Source: an uncultured Christensenellaceae bacterium (GTDB taxonomy: Bacteria; Bacillota; Clostridia; Christensenellales; CAG-314). From it: a DNA stretch of 64,000 nt. Position 1 is the stretch's first letter. Each line of letters starts with the position of its first letter. The position numbers and the translations under genes were made by a program. This document shows, piece after piece, positions 8,840 through 17,692 of this stretch. The DNA lies in assembly GCA_910587795.1 (NCBI GenBank), contig CAJUNH010000002.1, forward strand, positions 3,346 to 67,345, written 5' to 3'. The notes beneath the pieces were generated by a model that saw nothing but the letters and a program-made list of their open reading frames with translations, made no database searches and was not told where the DNA came from.

Positions 8840-11203
8840 TTACTTTGTAGTTTCTATATATTTGCGTACGTTAGACGCATTTTCGTATACGGCATAGCTA
8901 TCGCCGTCCGCAACTATTAAAGTAGGAGTTAATTTTATATCAAACTTTTTGGACAAGTCGGCATGATCCATAGCGTTTATTACTTCCACGTCGATATGTT
9001 CCTTATTAAGCATAATTTCCGCCATTTTGCAGTTGGGGCAGTTATCCTGAACGAACAGCATCGGGCGTACTACGCACACTTCCGCTTTTTGTTCTTCCGT
9101 CTCGGTAGGCATTAGGCACTTTTTAAGCACACTGCTTTGCGGAGTGTATTCCTTACGCTCTTTCCATTCCTGCGCTTTACCGTCGTTCCAGTTTTGTATG
9201 GGACGGTAATAGCCGGTAATACGGCTGTAAACTTCGGTTTTTTTGCGGCACTTGGGACACTCGTAAACTTCGCCCTTAATGTAGCCGTGATCCTGACATA
9301 CGGAATACGTAGGCGACATTGTGTAGTAGGGAAGTTTATAGTTTTCCGCAATGGTACGCACAAGTTTCATTGCCGACTTCCAGTTAGGCAGACGTTCGCC
9401 CAAGAAAGCATGGAACACGGTGCCGCTTGTATACAGCGTTTGCAACTCGTCCTGAATATCCAACGCGTCAAACACATCGCTTGTAAAGCTTACGGGCAGG
9501 TGCGAGCTGTTTGTATAGTACGGCGTTTCGCCTTTTTTACTGGCAAAAATCATATCGGGATACAGCTTTTGGTCGTGCTTTGCCAAACGGTAAGAAGTAC
9601 TTTCGGCAGGGGTTGCCTCCAAATTATACAAATCGCCGTATTTTTCCTGATAGTCCGATAACCTTTCGCGCATGTGGTTAAGTACGTTTTGCGTAAACTT
9701 TTGCGCGCGTACGTCCGTCATATCGCAAGCCAACCAACTGGCGTTAAGGCAGGCTTCGTTCATACCCACAAGACCGATTGTGGAAAAGTGATTATCGAAC
9801 GAACCCAAATAGCGTTTTGTGTAAGGATACAAACCCGCTTCCATAAGCTTTGTGACGGTAGTACGTTTAATTTTGAGAGAACGCGCGGATATATCCATCA
9901 TTTTGTCTAAACGTTCGTAAAATTCGTTTTCGTTTTTGGACAAATACGCCAAACGTGGCATGTTGATAGTAACAACGCCTATCGAACCGGTGCTTTCGCC
10001 GCTGCCGAAAAATCCGCCGCTCTTTTTGCGGAGTTCACGCAAGTCCAAACGCAAACGGCAGCACATACTGCGTACGTCGCTGGGCTGCATATCGCTGTTG
10101 ATGTAATTGCTAAAATACGGAGTCCCGTATTTTGCCGTCATTTCGAATAAAAGTTTATTATTTTCCGTCTCGCTCCAATCAAAATCTCTGGTTATGGAAT
10201 ACGTGGGAATAGGATACTGGAAACCGCGTCCGTTGTAGTCGCCTTCGATCATCGTTTCGATAAAGGCTCTGTTTACCATGTCCATTTCCTTTTTGCAATC
10301 GCGATAGCAGAAATCCGCTTCTTTACCGCCGATTATGCAGCGTAGGTTTGCCAAATCGTCGGGAACCGTCCAGTCTAGCGTGATGTTGGAAAACGGAGCC
10401 TGCGTACCCCAACGGCTGGGGGTATTTACACCGTAGATAAACGACTCTATGCACTTTTTAACTTGATCGTAAGTCATATTGTCCGCTTTTACAAAGGGGG
10501 CAAGATACGTATCGAAAGAGCTGAACGCCTGCGCGCCCGCCCATTCGTTTTGCATTATGCCCAAAAAGTTTACCATTTGGTTGCAAAGCGTGGCAAGGTG
10601 CTTAGCGGGCGCAGAGGTAATTTTGCCGGGAACGCCGCCCAAACCTTCCTGTATCAGCTGCTTTAACGACCAACCCGCGCAGTAACCCGTAAGCATACTA
10701 AGATCGTGCAGGTGGATTGCCGCAGTGCGGTGAGCCTCGGCAATTTCGTCATCGTAAATTTCGCTAAGCCAGTAATTTGCTGTAATTGCCCCGCTGTTGG
10801 ACAAAATAAGTCCGCCTACGGAATATGTTACGGTGCTGTTTTCCTTAACGCGCCAGTCGGCAATTTTCAAATAATTATCCACTACGCTTTTGTAGTCCAA
10901 AATGGTTTCGCCTACGTTGCGGACGTTTTCGTGCTTTTTGCGGTATAAAATGTATGCCTTTGCAACTTCTACATAGCCTGCTTGTATCAATACCGTTTCT
11001 ACACTGTCCTGAATATCCTCTACCGAAACAACCCCGTCCTTAACCTTATCCATAAAATCGCTTGTTACCTTTAACGCCAACAAATCGATAACGTCGGGGT
11101 TAAACGGCTTGTTCTGCCCTTCAAAAGCGGCTGTGATAGCCTTTGTGATTTTGGAAAGATTAAACTCGATAACTTGACCGTTTCTCTTACGTACTTGATA
11201 CAT
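8840..11203 (-). CDS. nrdD: Anaerobic ribonucleoside-triphosphate reductase (class III) with a C-terminal thioredoxin-fold extension
   Basis: N-terminal ATP-cone (MYQVRKRNGQVIEF), a C-terminal Zn ribbon (CPKCRKK) and the glycyl-radical motif SRITGYY. An extra tail of about 78 aa carries CPNC and a TPT cis-Pro-like motif. AGGAGG lies upstream of the start. Confidence 0.9.
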   Translation of the reverse strand: MYQVRKRNGQVIEFNLSKITKAITAAFEGQNKPFNPDVIDLLALKVTSDFMDKVKDGVVSVEDIQDSVETVLIQAGYVEVAKAYILYRKKHENVRNVGETILDYKSVVDNYLKIADWRVKENSTVTYSVGGLILSNSGAITANYWLSEIYDDEIAEAHRTAAIHLHDLSMLTGYCAGWSLKQLIQEGLGGVPGKITSAPAKHLATLCNQMVNFLGIMQNEWAGAQAFSSFDTYLAPFVKADNMTYDQVKKCIESFIYGVNTPSRWGTQAPFSNITLDWTVPDDLANLRCIIGGKEADFCYRDCKKEMDMVNRAFIETMIEGDYNGRGFQYPIPTYSITRDFDWSETENNKLLFEMTAKYGTPYFSNYINSDMQPSDVRSMCCRLRLDLRELRKKSGGFFGSGESTGSIGVVTINMPRLAYLSKNENEFYERLDKMMDISARSLKIKRTTVTKLMEAGLYPYTKRYLGSFDNHFSTIGLVGMNEACLNASWLACDMTDVRAQKFTQNVLNHMRERLSDYQEKYGDLYNLEATPAESTSYRLAKHDQKLYPDMIFASKKGETPYYTNSSHLPVSFTSDVFDALDIQDELQTLYTSGTVFHAFLGERLPNWKSAMKLVRTIAENYKLPYYTMSPTYSVCQDHGYIKGEVYECPKCRKKTEVYSRITGYYRPIQNWNDGKAQEWKERKEYTPQSSVLKKCLMPTETEEQKAEVCVVRPMLFVQDNCPNCKMAEIMLNKEHIDVEVINAMDHADLSKKFDIKLTPTLIVADGDSYAVYENASNVRKYIETTK

Positions 11204-11271
11204 CTTTTGATCCTCCTGAGACTATTTTTGACTTACTTTTTTACTTTGCTCCAAATTTGCGGTGCCTCACT

Positions 11272-11301
11272 ATTGTATAATAAGGTATTGTTGTTTGTCA
11301 A
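11272..11301 (-). promoter_or_regulatory. Candidate nrdD promoter (TTGACA-18 nt-TACAAT)
   Basis: On the minus strand, TTGACA spans 11301-11296 and TACAAT spans 11277-11272, about 70 nt upstream of the nrdD ATG. Confidence 0.5.
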
Positions 11302-11309
11302 GGCTTAAA

Positions 11310-11325
11310 ACACAATATATTGTGT
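11310..11325. promoter_or_regulatory. NrdR box 1 (perfect 16-nt palindrome)
   Basis: ACACAATATATTGTGT matches the NrdR operator consensus acaCwAtATaTwGtgt. It lies 9 nt upstream of the candidate -35. Confidence 0.7.
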
Positions 11326-11341
11326 TATTTTTTTATTTTTA

Positions 11342-11357
11342 ACACAATATGTGGTAT
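11342..11357. promoter_or_regulatory. NrdR box 2 (half-degenerate)
   Basis: ACACAATATGTGGTAT starts 32 nt from box 1, about three helical turns. This is the usual tandem NrdR-box spacing. Confidence 0.5.
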
Positions 11358-12065
11358 GCGTGGCATAGTGTTTTGTCTGGCATAGAAATAAAAAAATATG
11401 AAAAACAAAGAGGCATATTGTAATATTTATAACGAACGTTGTTCAGTACAGGCAAATAAAAACCAACTCCTAACAGCACCGATTTATATTCGCTGCTATC
11501 AGTTCTTTATGTAAGAATTCAAATATAATTATACGTAAAAAAATTATATTCGTAATTTAACAAAGCACGATTATTTTTTTTACATCGTAAAACGGCCGAT
11601 TGTAATTTACCGATAATGACAGCATTGTTTTAAGATATAAATATACGCTTAACAAAACCTATCGGTTTTGTCCGTATTGCGTATACGCATTGCTTTTTAA
11701 GCAAAACGGCTTAGCACACACTATATAATTTCTTACACTGCCGCAGTCCATAATACGATGTATAAACGAACGATTAGAGGAAAATTGTTATATATAAATA
11801 TTTTTTAAAAACAATTATTAAATACTGAACCAAAGCAAATTTATACCAACAAGCTACAGCCGCATTTAAAACCGTCGTTACGCATACGTAATTAATTGCG
11901 TAGTCTATTTTGTACCGTTAGGTTGCTGCTTGTTAACCTTCACCCACCCAAAGCCGCATTATAAATTTTTTTCACTAATCGTAATACGATGTAATGATTT
12001 GTTTTTATAGTGAAGGTTTGATCGAATACGTGATAAAGAAAAAAATAGAGCTTAGTGATATTTTG

Positions 12066-12170
12066 TAAAAGAAAAAAGACGAGTCGGTAAACTCATCTTT
12101 TTTCATCATGAAGAAGAGAGGAAGTTTTTTGACCGTTTGATAAGTCAAAAACACAAAATGATATAAAAAC
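12066..12170 (-). ncRNA. Candidate small RNA of about 105 nt (promoter, hairpin, pyrimidine-rich stretch, terminator)
   Basis: The predicted transcript contains GUUUUUGAC-10 nt-GUCAAAAAC, then single-stranded CUUCCUCUCUUCUUC. It ends in the terminator AAGAUGAGU-UUACCG-ACUCGUCUU plus UUUUUU. That terminator pairs perfectly with one G-U on the minus strand and has a C-A mismatch on the plus strand. Confidence 0.3.
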
Positions 12171-12176
12171 AATAAC

Positions 12177-12204
12177 AGTATATCACGCTTACAAAAAAAG
12201 TCAA
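12177..12204 (-). promoter_or_regulatory. Strong orphan promoter (TTGACT-16 nt-TGaTATACT) driving the candidate sRNA
   Basis: On the minus strand, TTGACT spans 12204-12199 and the extended -10 TGATATACT ends at 12177. No ORF lies downstream. Confidence 0.45.
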
Positions 12205-12633
12205 TACAGAATTTTAAATTTTACATAAAAAATTAGATAATACCATTAAATTTTTTCATAGAATTACTTTTCGGTAAATACTGCTTGTCATCAAGAGATG
12301 CCTTTTATTATTTTGTATAAAACAACGGCTATAATGTTTTATAATTTGATATAATAATGGTTTTAAGAAATTATTAAAGTATAATAAAAACAAATATAAA
12401 TAATACGTTCTAAAAAAATCACCCTTTTTTGTTAATTATTTTTGAAAACAATAGTCAAACATATTTAAATGCTTTTTTTAGTTTCCTGCATTTACGATTA
12501 CTTCGCTATTACTGTCGGCGCCTAAAATTATAAAGAAATAAATAATAAACGGTATTTTTATATAAGATTACGCAACTGCACTGTGTTTTGCTAAGTTGCT
12601 AAACTATTTTGCAAAAAAGTTTTGCGTATATTG

Positions 12634-12662
12634 TTGACAAGTTTGCGTTTATTTGATATGAT
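12634..12662 (+). promoter_or_regulatory. tRNA operon promoter (TTGACA-17 nt-TGaTATGAT)
   Basis: TTGACA at 12634-12639 and the extended -10 TGATATGAT ending at 12662, about 60 nt upstream of the first tRNA. Confidence 0.6.
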
Positions 12663-12721
12663 AATTAAGCTTTTGACAGCGTAGAGGCGTTAATGCCTGC
12701 GAATTGTCGGGAAAGCGATGT

Positions 12722-12798
12722 GGCGGCGTAGCTTAGATGGTTATAGCGGCCGGTTCATACCCGGCAGGTCGTTGGTTCGAATCCGACCGCCGCTACCA
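12722..12798 (+). tRNA. tRNA with CAT anticodon (elongator Met, or Ile2 if lysidine-modified)
   Basis: Anticodon stem GCCGG/CCGGC, loop TTCATAC, T-arm GTTGGTTCGAATCCGAC, CCA encoded. It has a G1-U72 pair and lacks the three G-C pairs of initiator tRNA. Confidence 0.9.
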
Positions 12799-12803
12799 AA
12801 TAC

Positions 12804-12878
12804 GGCTCCTTGGTCAAGCGGTCAAGACATCGCCCTTTCACGGCGGTAACACGGGTTCGATTCCCGTAGGAGTCACCA
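12804..12878 (+). tRNA. tRNA-Glu (TTC)
   Basis: GGCTCCTTGGTCAAGCGG... with anticodon loop CTTTCAC, T-arm ACGGGTTCGATTCCCGT, and CCA encoded. Confidence 0.93.
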
Positions 12879-12881
12879 TAT

Positions 12882-12957
12882 GGGGAGTTAGCTCAGTTGG
12901 GAGAGCATCTGCCTTACAAGCAGGGGGTCACAGGTTCGAGCCCTGTACTCCCCACCA
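12882..12957 (+). tRNA. tRNA-Val (TAC)
   Basis: GGGGAGTTAGCTCAGTTGGGAGAGC..., anticodon loop CTTACAA, T-arm ACAGGTTCGAGCCCTGT, 3' ACCA. Confidence 0.93.
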
Positions 12958-12964
12958 TACAGTG

Positions 12965-13033
12965 CCCAGTCGAACCCGAAAGGGTTTGAGTGGGTATTTT
13001 AATTAAAAAACACGCATTTGGGCGTGTTTTTTG
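12965..13033 (+). terminator. Two tandem terminator hairpins after the tRNA operon
   Basis: CCCAGTCGAACCC-GAAA-GGGTTTGAGTGGG followed by TATTTT, then AAAACACGC-atttgg-GCGTGTTTTTT. Confidence 0.7.
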
Positions 13034-13341
13034 CGTTTTAACGGCTATTTTACAAAGGTTCGTAAGGATATGTATTTTAACTATGGACAACCAGAACGAA
13101 CATTTCGGTTTAAGTTATTTTTTTAGTCAATATCAGTTTAACGCATACAATTACCTAATACGCCGATTTTTATTTTTTATTTGATAAGTGATAATCTCGG
13201 TAAGCCTGCGCGTTATCCCGTTTTTAGCCGTTGGGTGTGGTTAAAACGATTTGGTTAAACATTGAAATTATATGTCGTTTGTGTTATACTTTATTATAAT
13301 GTAACTACGATAAACAGTAATTTAACGGTGCAATAATAACT

Positions 13342-13971
13342 ATGATACTATTGAAAGAATACATTAAAAATCCTTGCCGTTCGTTGAGTATTCCTTATTG
13401 GAAGCAACGGAACATTAAAGTACCCGACAATATAAAAATCGTGCATAATGATGAGTATAATGCTGCTGATTTCAACGGTTATATTGACGAGCAGTATTTT
13501 CGTTTATATCACGATTTACAATCGGTACGGCGGATAGAAAGGAATGACATAGGTATTGTTGTCGTTAATGATGATATGCTAGATACGATTGTTGATATTA
13601 TCAATAAAAGTTATAACGATTTATCGGTAACAAAAGAGCAAATGAAAAGTTATATGCAAACGCCCGTATATTGTTCCGATTTGTGGATATTGCTTAAAAA
13701 CAAGTCGGGTACTTACGTCGCTTGCGGTATAGCCGATTACGACAAAGAAGCAAACGAAATGATCTTAGAGTGGATACAAGTTATTCCGTCTTGTCGTGGT
13801 CGCGGATATGGACAATATATTGTAAATGAGTTGCTTTCACGGGCGCAAGGGCAAGCAAAATTTGCAACGGTATCGGGTAAAGTAAATAACACAACCGCAC
13901 CCGAAAAATTGTATCGCAGGTGCGGTTTTATTGGCAACGATATTTGGCACATACTATATAAAAACAATTAA
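13342..13971 (+). CDS. GNAT family N-acetyltransferase
   Basis: Acetyl-CoA-binding motif in QVIPSCRGRGYGQYIVNELL (Q/R-x-x-G-x-G/A). Length 209 aa. Confidence 0.7.
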   Translation: MILLKEYIKNPCRSLSIPYWKQRNIKVPDNIKIVHNDEYNAADFNGYIDEQYFRLYHDLQSVRRIERNDIGIVVVNDDMLDTIVDIINKSYNDLSVTKEQMKSYMQTPVYCSDLWILLKNKSGTYVACGIADYDKEANEMILEWIQVIPSCRGRGYGQYIVNELLSRAQGQAKFATVSGKVNNTTAPEKLYRRCGFIGNDIWHILYKNN

Positions 13972-14074
13972 GTAAGACAAATCTTAATTTAGCGTTAAAT
14001 GACAGATAATAGTTAATCATCTTAACTCTGAGAGTTTTAAATGTTCTTATGGAATACATTGTCGCCCACCACTG

Positions 14075-14113
14075 CCAACCCAAATCTAGACTATCGGTTT
14101 GAGTTGGTTTTTT
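14075..14113 (+). terminator. Terminator after the GNAT gene
   Basis: CCAACCCAAA ... TTTGAGTTGG (one mismatch) followed by TTTTTT. Confidence 0.55.
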
Positions 14114-14345
14114 CTTTTAGTTAATATTAGTTTAACGGCTGCCTTTACGTTGTATGCCGTTTTTCTTTTTTATTAAGCACACACAACTTTTTGCCGCAAA
14201 ATACTATTAACACATATTTAAATGCGTTACGTTCGCCGTATACAAGCGTTTACTACCGCGTCATATTTTTTACAGTTGCGAAGATAATATAATTACGTTA
14301 TAATTAAAACGGAAACGGTAATTAATCAAAAAAAGGAGTACATAT

Positions 14346-14759
14346 ATGCTTGATACAATACCCAATGCAGAAGAAATGACGGATTTAGTGGGAGAACATC
14401 TATACGAAGTATGGAATAATTTGCGCGCTTTAATTAACGATAAATATGATATGGATTGCATATGGGATAAGGGCGGAAAAAAGTGGACGTACGAATATAA
14501 ATATCGCAAAGGCGGCAAAACGCTTTGCGCATTGTATGCAAAAGAAAATTGCATAGGGTTTATGATTATATTTGGTAAAGACGAACGTCTAAAGTTTGAA
14601 ACACACAGGGAAACCTATTCAAAAAAGATACAAGAAATATATGACAACACTCAAATTTACCATGACGGAAAATGGATAATGTTTGAACCGACGGACACGT
14701 CTTTGTTTGATGATTTTATCCGGCTGTTGAACATTAAAAGAAAACCAAACAGAAAGTAA
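14346..14759 (+). CDS. DUF3788-like small protein
   Basis: 137 aa with AAGGAG upstream. The pattern ...WTYEYKYRKGGKTLCALYAKENCIGFMIIFGKDE... resembles the DUF3788 family as I recall it. This was not verified by a search. Confidence 0.45.
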   Translation: MLDTIPNAEEMTDLVGEHLYEVWNNLRALINDKYDMDCIWDKGGKKWTYEYKYRKGGKTLCALYAKENCIGFMIIFGKDERLKFETHRETYSKKIQEIYDNTQIYHDGKWIMFEPTDTSLFDDFIRLLNIKRKPNRK

Positions 14760-14834
14760 AGATAAATTTATTTTTAATGAAAAAACACTTACTGAACAAA
14801 TGACAATTTTGGAATTTATTAAGGAGGAAAATCA

Positions 14835-15227
14835 ATGAACAAAGAATGGGAAAGGTTATATGAAGAAGCATTGAGCGTTTTAAATCCCCGCGATGTTTCA
14901 AATAAAATGTGCGTAGGCAGTGTGGCATCTGCCGTACTAACGAAAAAAGGTAATATTTATAAGGGTATATGCATCGATACGGACGGCTCTATAGGTATGT
15001 GTGCGGAAAGAAATGCTTTATCAACAATGCTTACATATGGAGAAAGTGAGATTACAAAAGTAGTTTCAGTATATGAAGATGGAAATATAATTCCATCTTG
15101 CGGTATTTGCAGAGAATTTATGATGCATTTAGGCGGAGATGCGGAAAATATTGAAATTCTATTGGACAAAGAAGGACGGACAGCAAAATTGATTGAATTG
15201 ATGCCTGAATATCCACGGCATAAATAA
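14835..15227 (+). CDS. Cytidine/blasticidin-S deaminase-like zinc deaminase (130 aa)
   Basis: Zinc ligands CAE (GMCAERNAL) and SCGICREF, corresponding to PCGxCR. GGAGG lies upstream. It lacks the PYSxF ribose-binding motif of housekeeping Cdd, and SVASAVL..G.IY.G resembles blasticidin-S deaminase. Confidence 0.7.
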   Translation: MNKEWERLYEEALSVLNPRDVSNKMCVGSVASAVLTKKGNIYKGICIDTDGSIGMCAERNALSTMLTYGESEITKVVSVYEDGNIIPSCGICREFMMHLGGDAENIEILLDKEGRTAKLIELMPEYPRHK

Positions 15228-15281
15228 ATTTCAATTCGGCGAAAATATTCGTTTTTAATTACTACTGATTTACCGCATAAC

Positions 15282-15317
15282 GACTGATAAGAACATCTAT
15301 CTTGTCAGTCTTTTTTT
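15282..15317 (+). terminator. Rho-independent terminator after the deaminase gene
   Basis: GACTGATAAGA-acatcta-TCTTGTCAGTC (11 bp including one G-U) followed by TTTTTTT. Confidence 0.75.
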
Positions 15318-15702
15318 CTGTTACAAGGAAAGAAATTCCACAATATCATTATACAATTTTAAAATTGTTTTTTTTTGCCGTTATAAAACAAAAACTATCG
15401 CCTATTTTGCACGCCAAATATCCTGCGCGCCGCGCAAGCTCGCTTGCACTGCGGTTCTGCCAAATTATTTTCCTGTTCCTCTGCGCCACCGTTAATCCCC
15501 TCGCTGACGAGGTTTAACGCGACCAGGACGGGGTTTATTGCAAACGACGCCCCAGCACACCTATTAATCTAGATGCCACGTTTAAACCGTTTTGTACGCT
15601 CTCCCGCAAAACGTAGCTGCCCGTCCTGCTGCCGATAAAACTGACCTATCCGCAAAATAACCTGCGTTAATTTTCTTGATTTTATTACGGATAATAATTT
15701 AA

Positions 15703-15731
15703 TTGATTTATTTAACCGTCTGTTATATAAT
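15703..15731 (+). promoter_or_regulatory. Candidate promoter of the MATE gene (TTGATT-17 nt-TATAAT)
   Basis: TTGATT at 15703-15708 and TATAAT at 15726-15731. Confidence 0.5.
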
Positions 15732-15789
15732 AGACAGCGCGCCGCTTAGCAGGCGAATATAAAAACACAACAAGGTTGTACCGTAAAAC

Positions 15790-17178
15790 ATGAACTCCAC
15801 CGAACAATTAGAAAACGGAAAAATTCTGCCGTTGGTTTTTAAGTTAACCGTCCCCGCCGTAATAGGACAGCTAATTACGTTTTTATATAATATTGTAGAC
15901 AGAATGTACGTTGCCAAAATAGACGGCGCAGGGATGGACGCTTTGGCTGCGTTGGGCATAGTTTTACCCATTACGCTTATTATTCAGGCTTTTGCCAACT
16001 TAATAGGTCTTGGCGGCGCCCCGAGGGCAAGCATAAAACTGGGTGAAGGAAACGGTGACGAAGCAAACAAGGTATTTAACACGTCTTTTGTTTTGTTAGT
16101 AATAACCGGCATAGCGTTAAGCATAATAACCTTTTTTTCCGCAAGGCAATTAGTAATACTGTTCGGCTGTCCGGAAAGCGCAGTGGATTTTGCGGAATCG
16201 TACTTAAAAATTTATTCTACGGGTACGGTTTTTGTGCTTTTGGCGCAAGGACTAAATCCGTTTATCAACGCGCAGGGACACTCGTTTATCGCGATGTTTT
16301 CCGTACTGATAGGCGCACTGATTAACATAGCGTTAGATCCCCTGTTTATTTTTGTGCTGAATATGGGCGTAAAAGGCGCAAGCCTTGCTACTGTAATTTC
16401 CCAAGGTTTGTCTTTTGTGTGGATTACAGTCTTTTTCTTTTCAAAAAAAAGTATTTTTAAATTGCATTTAAAAGAAATGAAGCCCAACGGCAAAATAATA
16501 CTGTCGATACTGGCATTAGGCTTATCGCCGTTTATAATGACTATAACCGAATGCGCCATACAAATTGTATTTAACATAAATCTTAAACTAGCTACAAACG
16601 GAGATAAAGATTACACCGCTGCGCTTACAATAATGCTAAGCGCATTGCAGCTCATTTCTCTGCCGCTGAACGGATTGGGGTACGGAATGCAGCCGTTTGT
16701 AAGTTACAATTACGGCAAAGGCAACGCCGAAAGATTAAAACGCGGCATACAATGCGTTACCGTAATAGCGTTTGTTTTTGCTGCGGTAATGTGGTCGCTT
16801 TCGATGGCTTTTCCGCAAGTATACGCATATCTGTTTTCCGCAAGCGAAAGCGTACATAAAATTGTAAAGCAGTATACGCCGTTTTTCCTGATGGGATCTA
16901 TTATGTTCTTTGTGCAAATGACTCTCCAAAACGTAAACGTAGCTTTGGGCAGAGCAAAATCCGCGCTGTTCCTTGCCGTATTGCGCAAAGTAATTATTTT
17001 AATTCCGCTGTGCTTTGTGCTTACTGAATATTTAGGATTTAAAGGCGTATATCTGTCGGAAGGTATCGCAGACTTAATTGCAGGAGTAATAACCGCCGCA
17101 GTTTTGTTTTCTACGTTCCCCAAAGTATTTAAAAAGCGCGAACAGGAAGTCCGCGCCGACAAAGAAAACGACAATTAA
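15790..17178 (+). CDS. MATE family efflux transporter
   Basis: 462 aa with about 12 TM segments. The N terminus (L.ENGKILPLVFKLTVPAVIGQLITFLYNIVDRMYV) is typical of the MATE/DinF-NorM family. Confidence 0.88.
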   Translation: MNSTEQLENGKILPLVFKLTVPAVIGQLITFLYNIVDRMYVAKIDGAGMDALAALGIVLPITLIIQAFANLIGLGGAPRASIKLGEGNGDEANKVFNTSFVLLVITGIALSIITFFSARQLVILFGCPESAVDFAESYLKIYSTGTVFVLLAQGLNPFINAQGHSFIAMFSVLIGALINIALDPLFIFVLNMGVKGASLATVISQGLSFVWITVFFFSKKSIFKLHLKEMKPNGKIILSILALGLSPFIMTITECAIQIVFNINLKLATNGDKDYTAALTIMLSALQLISLPLNGLGYGMQPFVSYNYGKGNAERLKRGIQCVTVIAFVFAAVMWSLSMAFPQVYAYLFSASESVHKIVKQYTPFFLMGSIMFFVQMTLQNVNVALGRAKSALFLAVLRKVIILIPLCFVLTEYLGFKGVYLSEGIADLIAGVITAAVLFSTFPKVFKKREQEVRADKENDN

Positions 17179-17692
17179 TGATAACGGCTAGAAGTCTCTA
17201 TTTTCTATTTACTTAATATGTCGGCATGTAGGCTGTTTTTAACAAAAAGTTTTACGCCATCGATATTAAATTATTTTTCTTTCGGGTTGCTATACTCTAA
17301 CCGCACCGCTGTTTTGTGTAAACAGATGAAAATTAAAAACACAAAAAATACTAACGCAACGTATTACGCACAAGATATACGGTTGCAAATTGCATTTTAC
17401 TTTGATATAATAACATACACAACCACGAATAACGACGATTAACCACTATTAACTACTGCTATCTATATTATACAACACATCACGTTAGCGGTTAAATATT
17501 GCGGTAAATAATGTTCGTGTGTGTTATATAATGTTTTGTGTGTTTACTTAACAAAACACATAAGCATTGCACAAACGGAAAGAAACGTTTTTTGTTTTAT
17601 AGACAAGACATACCGTTAAACAAAAAAACGCATTACAAAAAAAACAAACCGTAAAATATTTGCAGAAAGTTTAAATTATTAAGGAACAATAT

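Noticed and set aside
9137-9661. 174-aa ORF antisense within nrdD
   Set aside because: It is a shadow ORF opposite a highly conserved enzyme gene, with Arg/Phe-rich composition.
12737-13006. 89-aa ORF overlapping the tRNA cluster
   Set aside because: It is made entirely of tRNA-Met, tRNA-Glu and tRNA-Val sequence read as codons. It is not a gene.
15302-15517. 71-aa ORF upstream of the MATE gene
   Set aside because: It starts inside the deaminase terminator U tract, has no RBS and its composition is implausible. The GC-rich part is discussed separately as non-coding or decayed sequence.
15535-15572. tmRNA-like tag start (GCAAACGACG...) suggesting ssrA
   Set aside because: The reading frame ends in ..HLLI, unlike the usual ..LAA. 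No tRNA-like acceptor or T-arm (GGTTCGA) exists within 400 nt on either strand.
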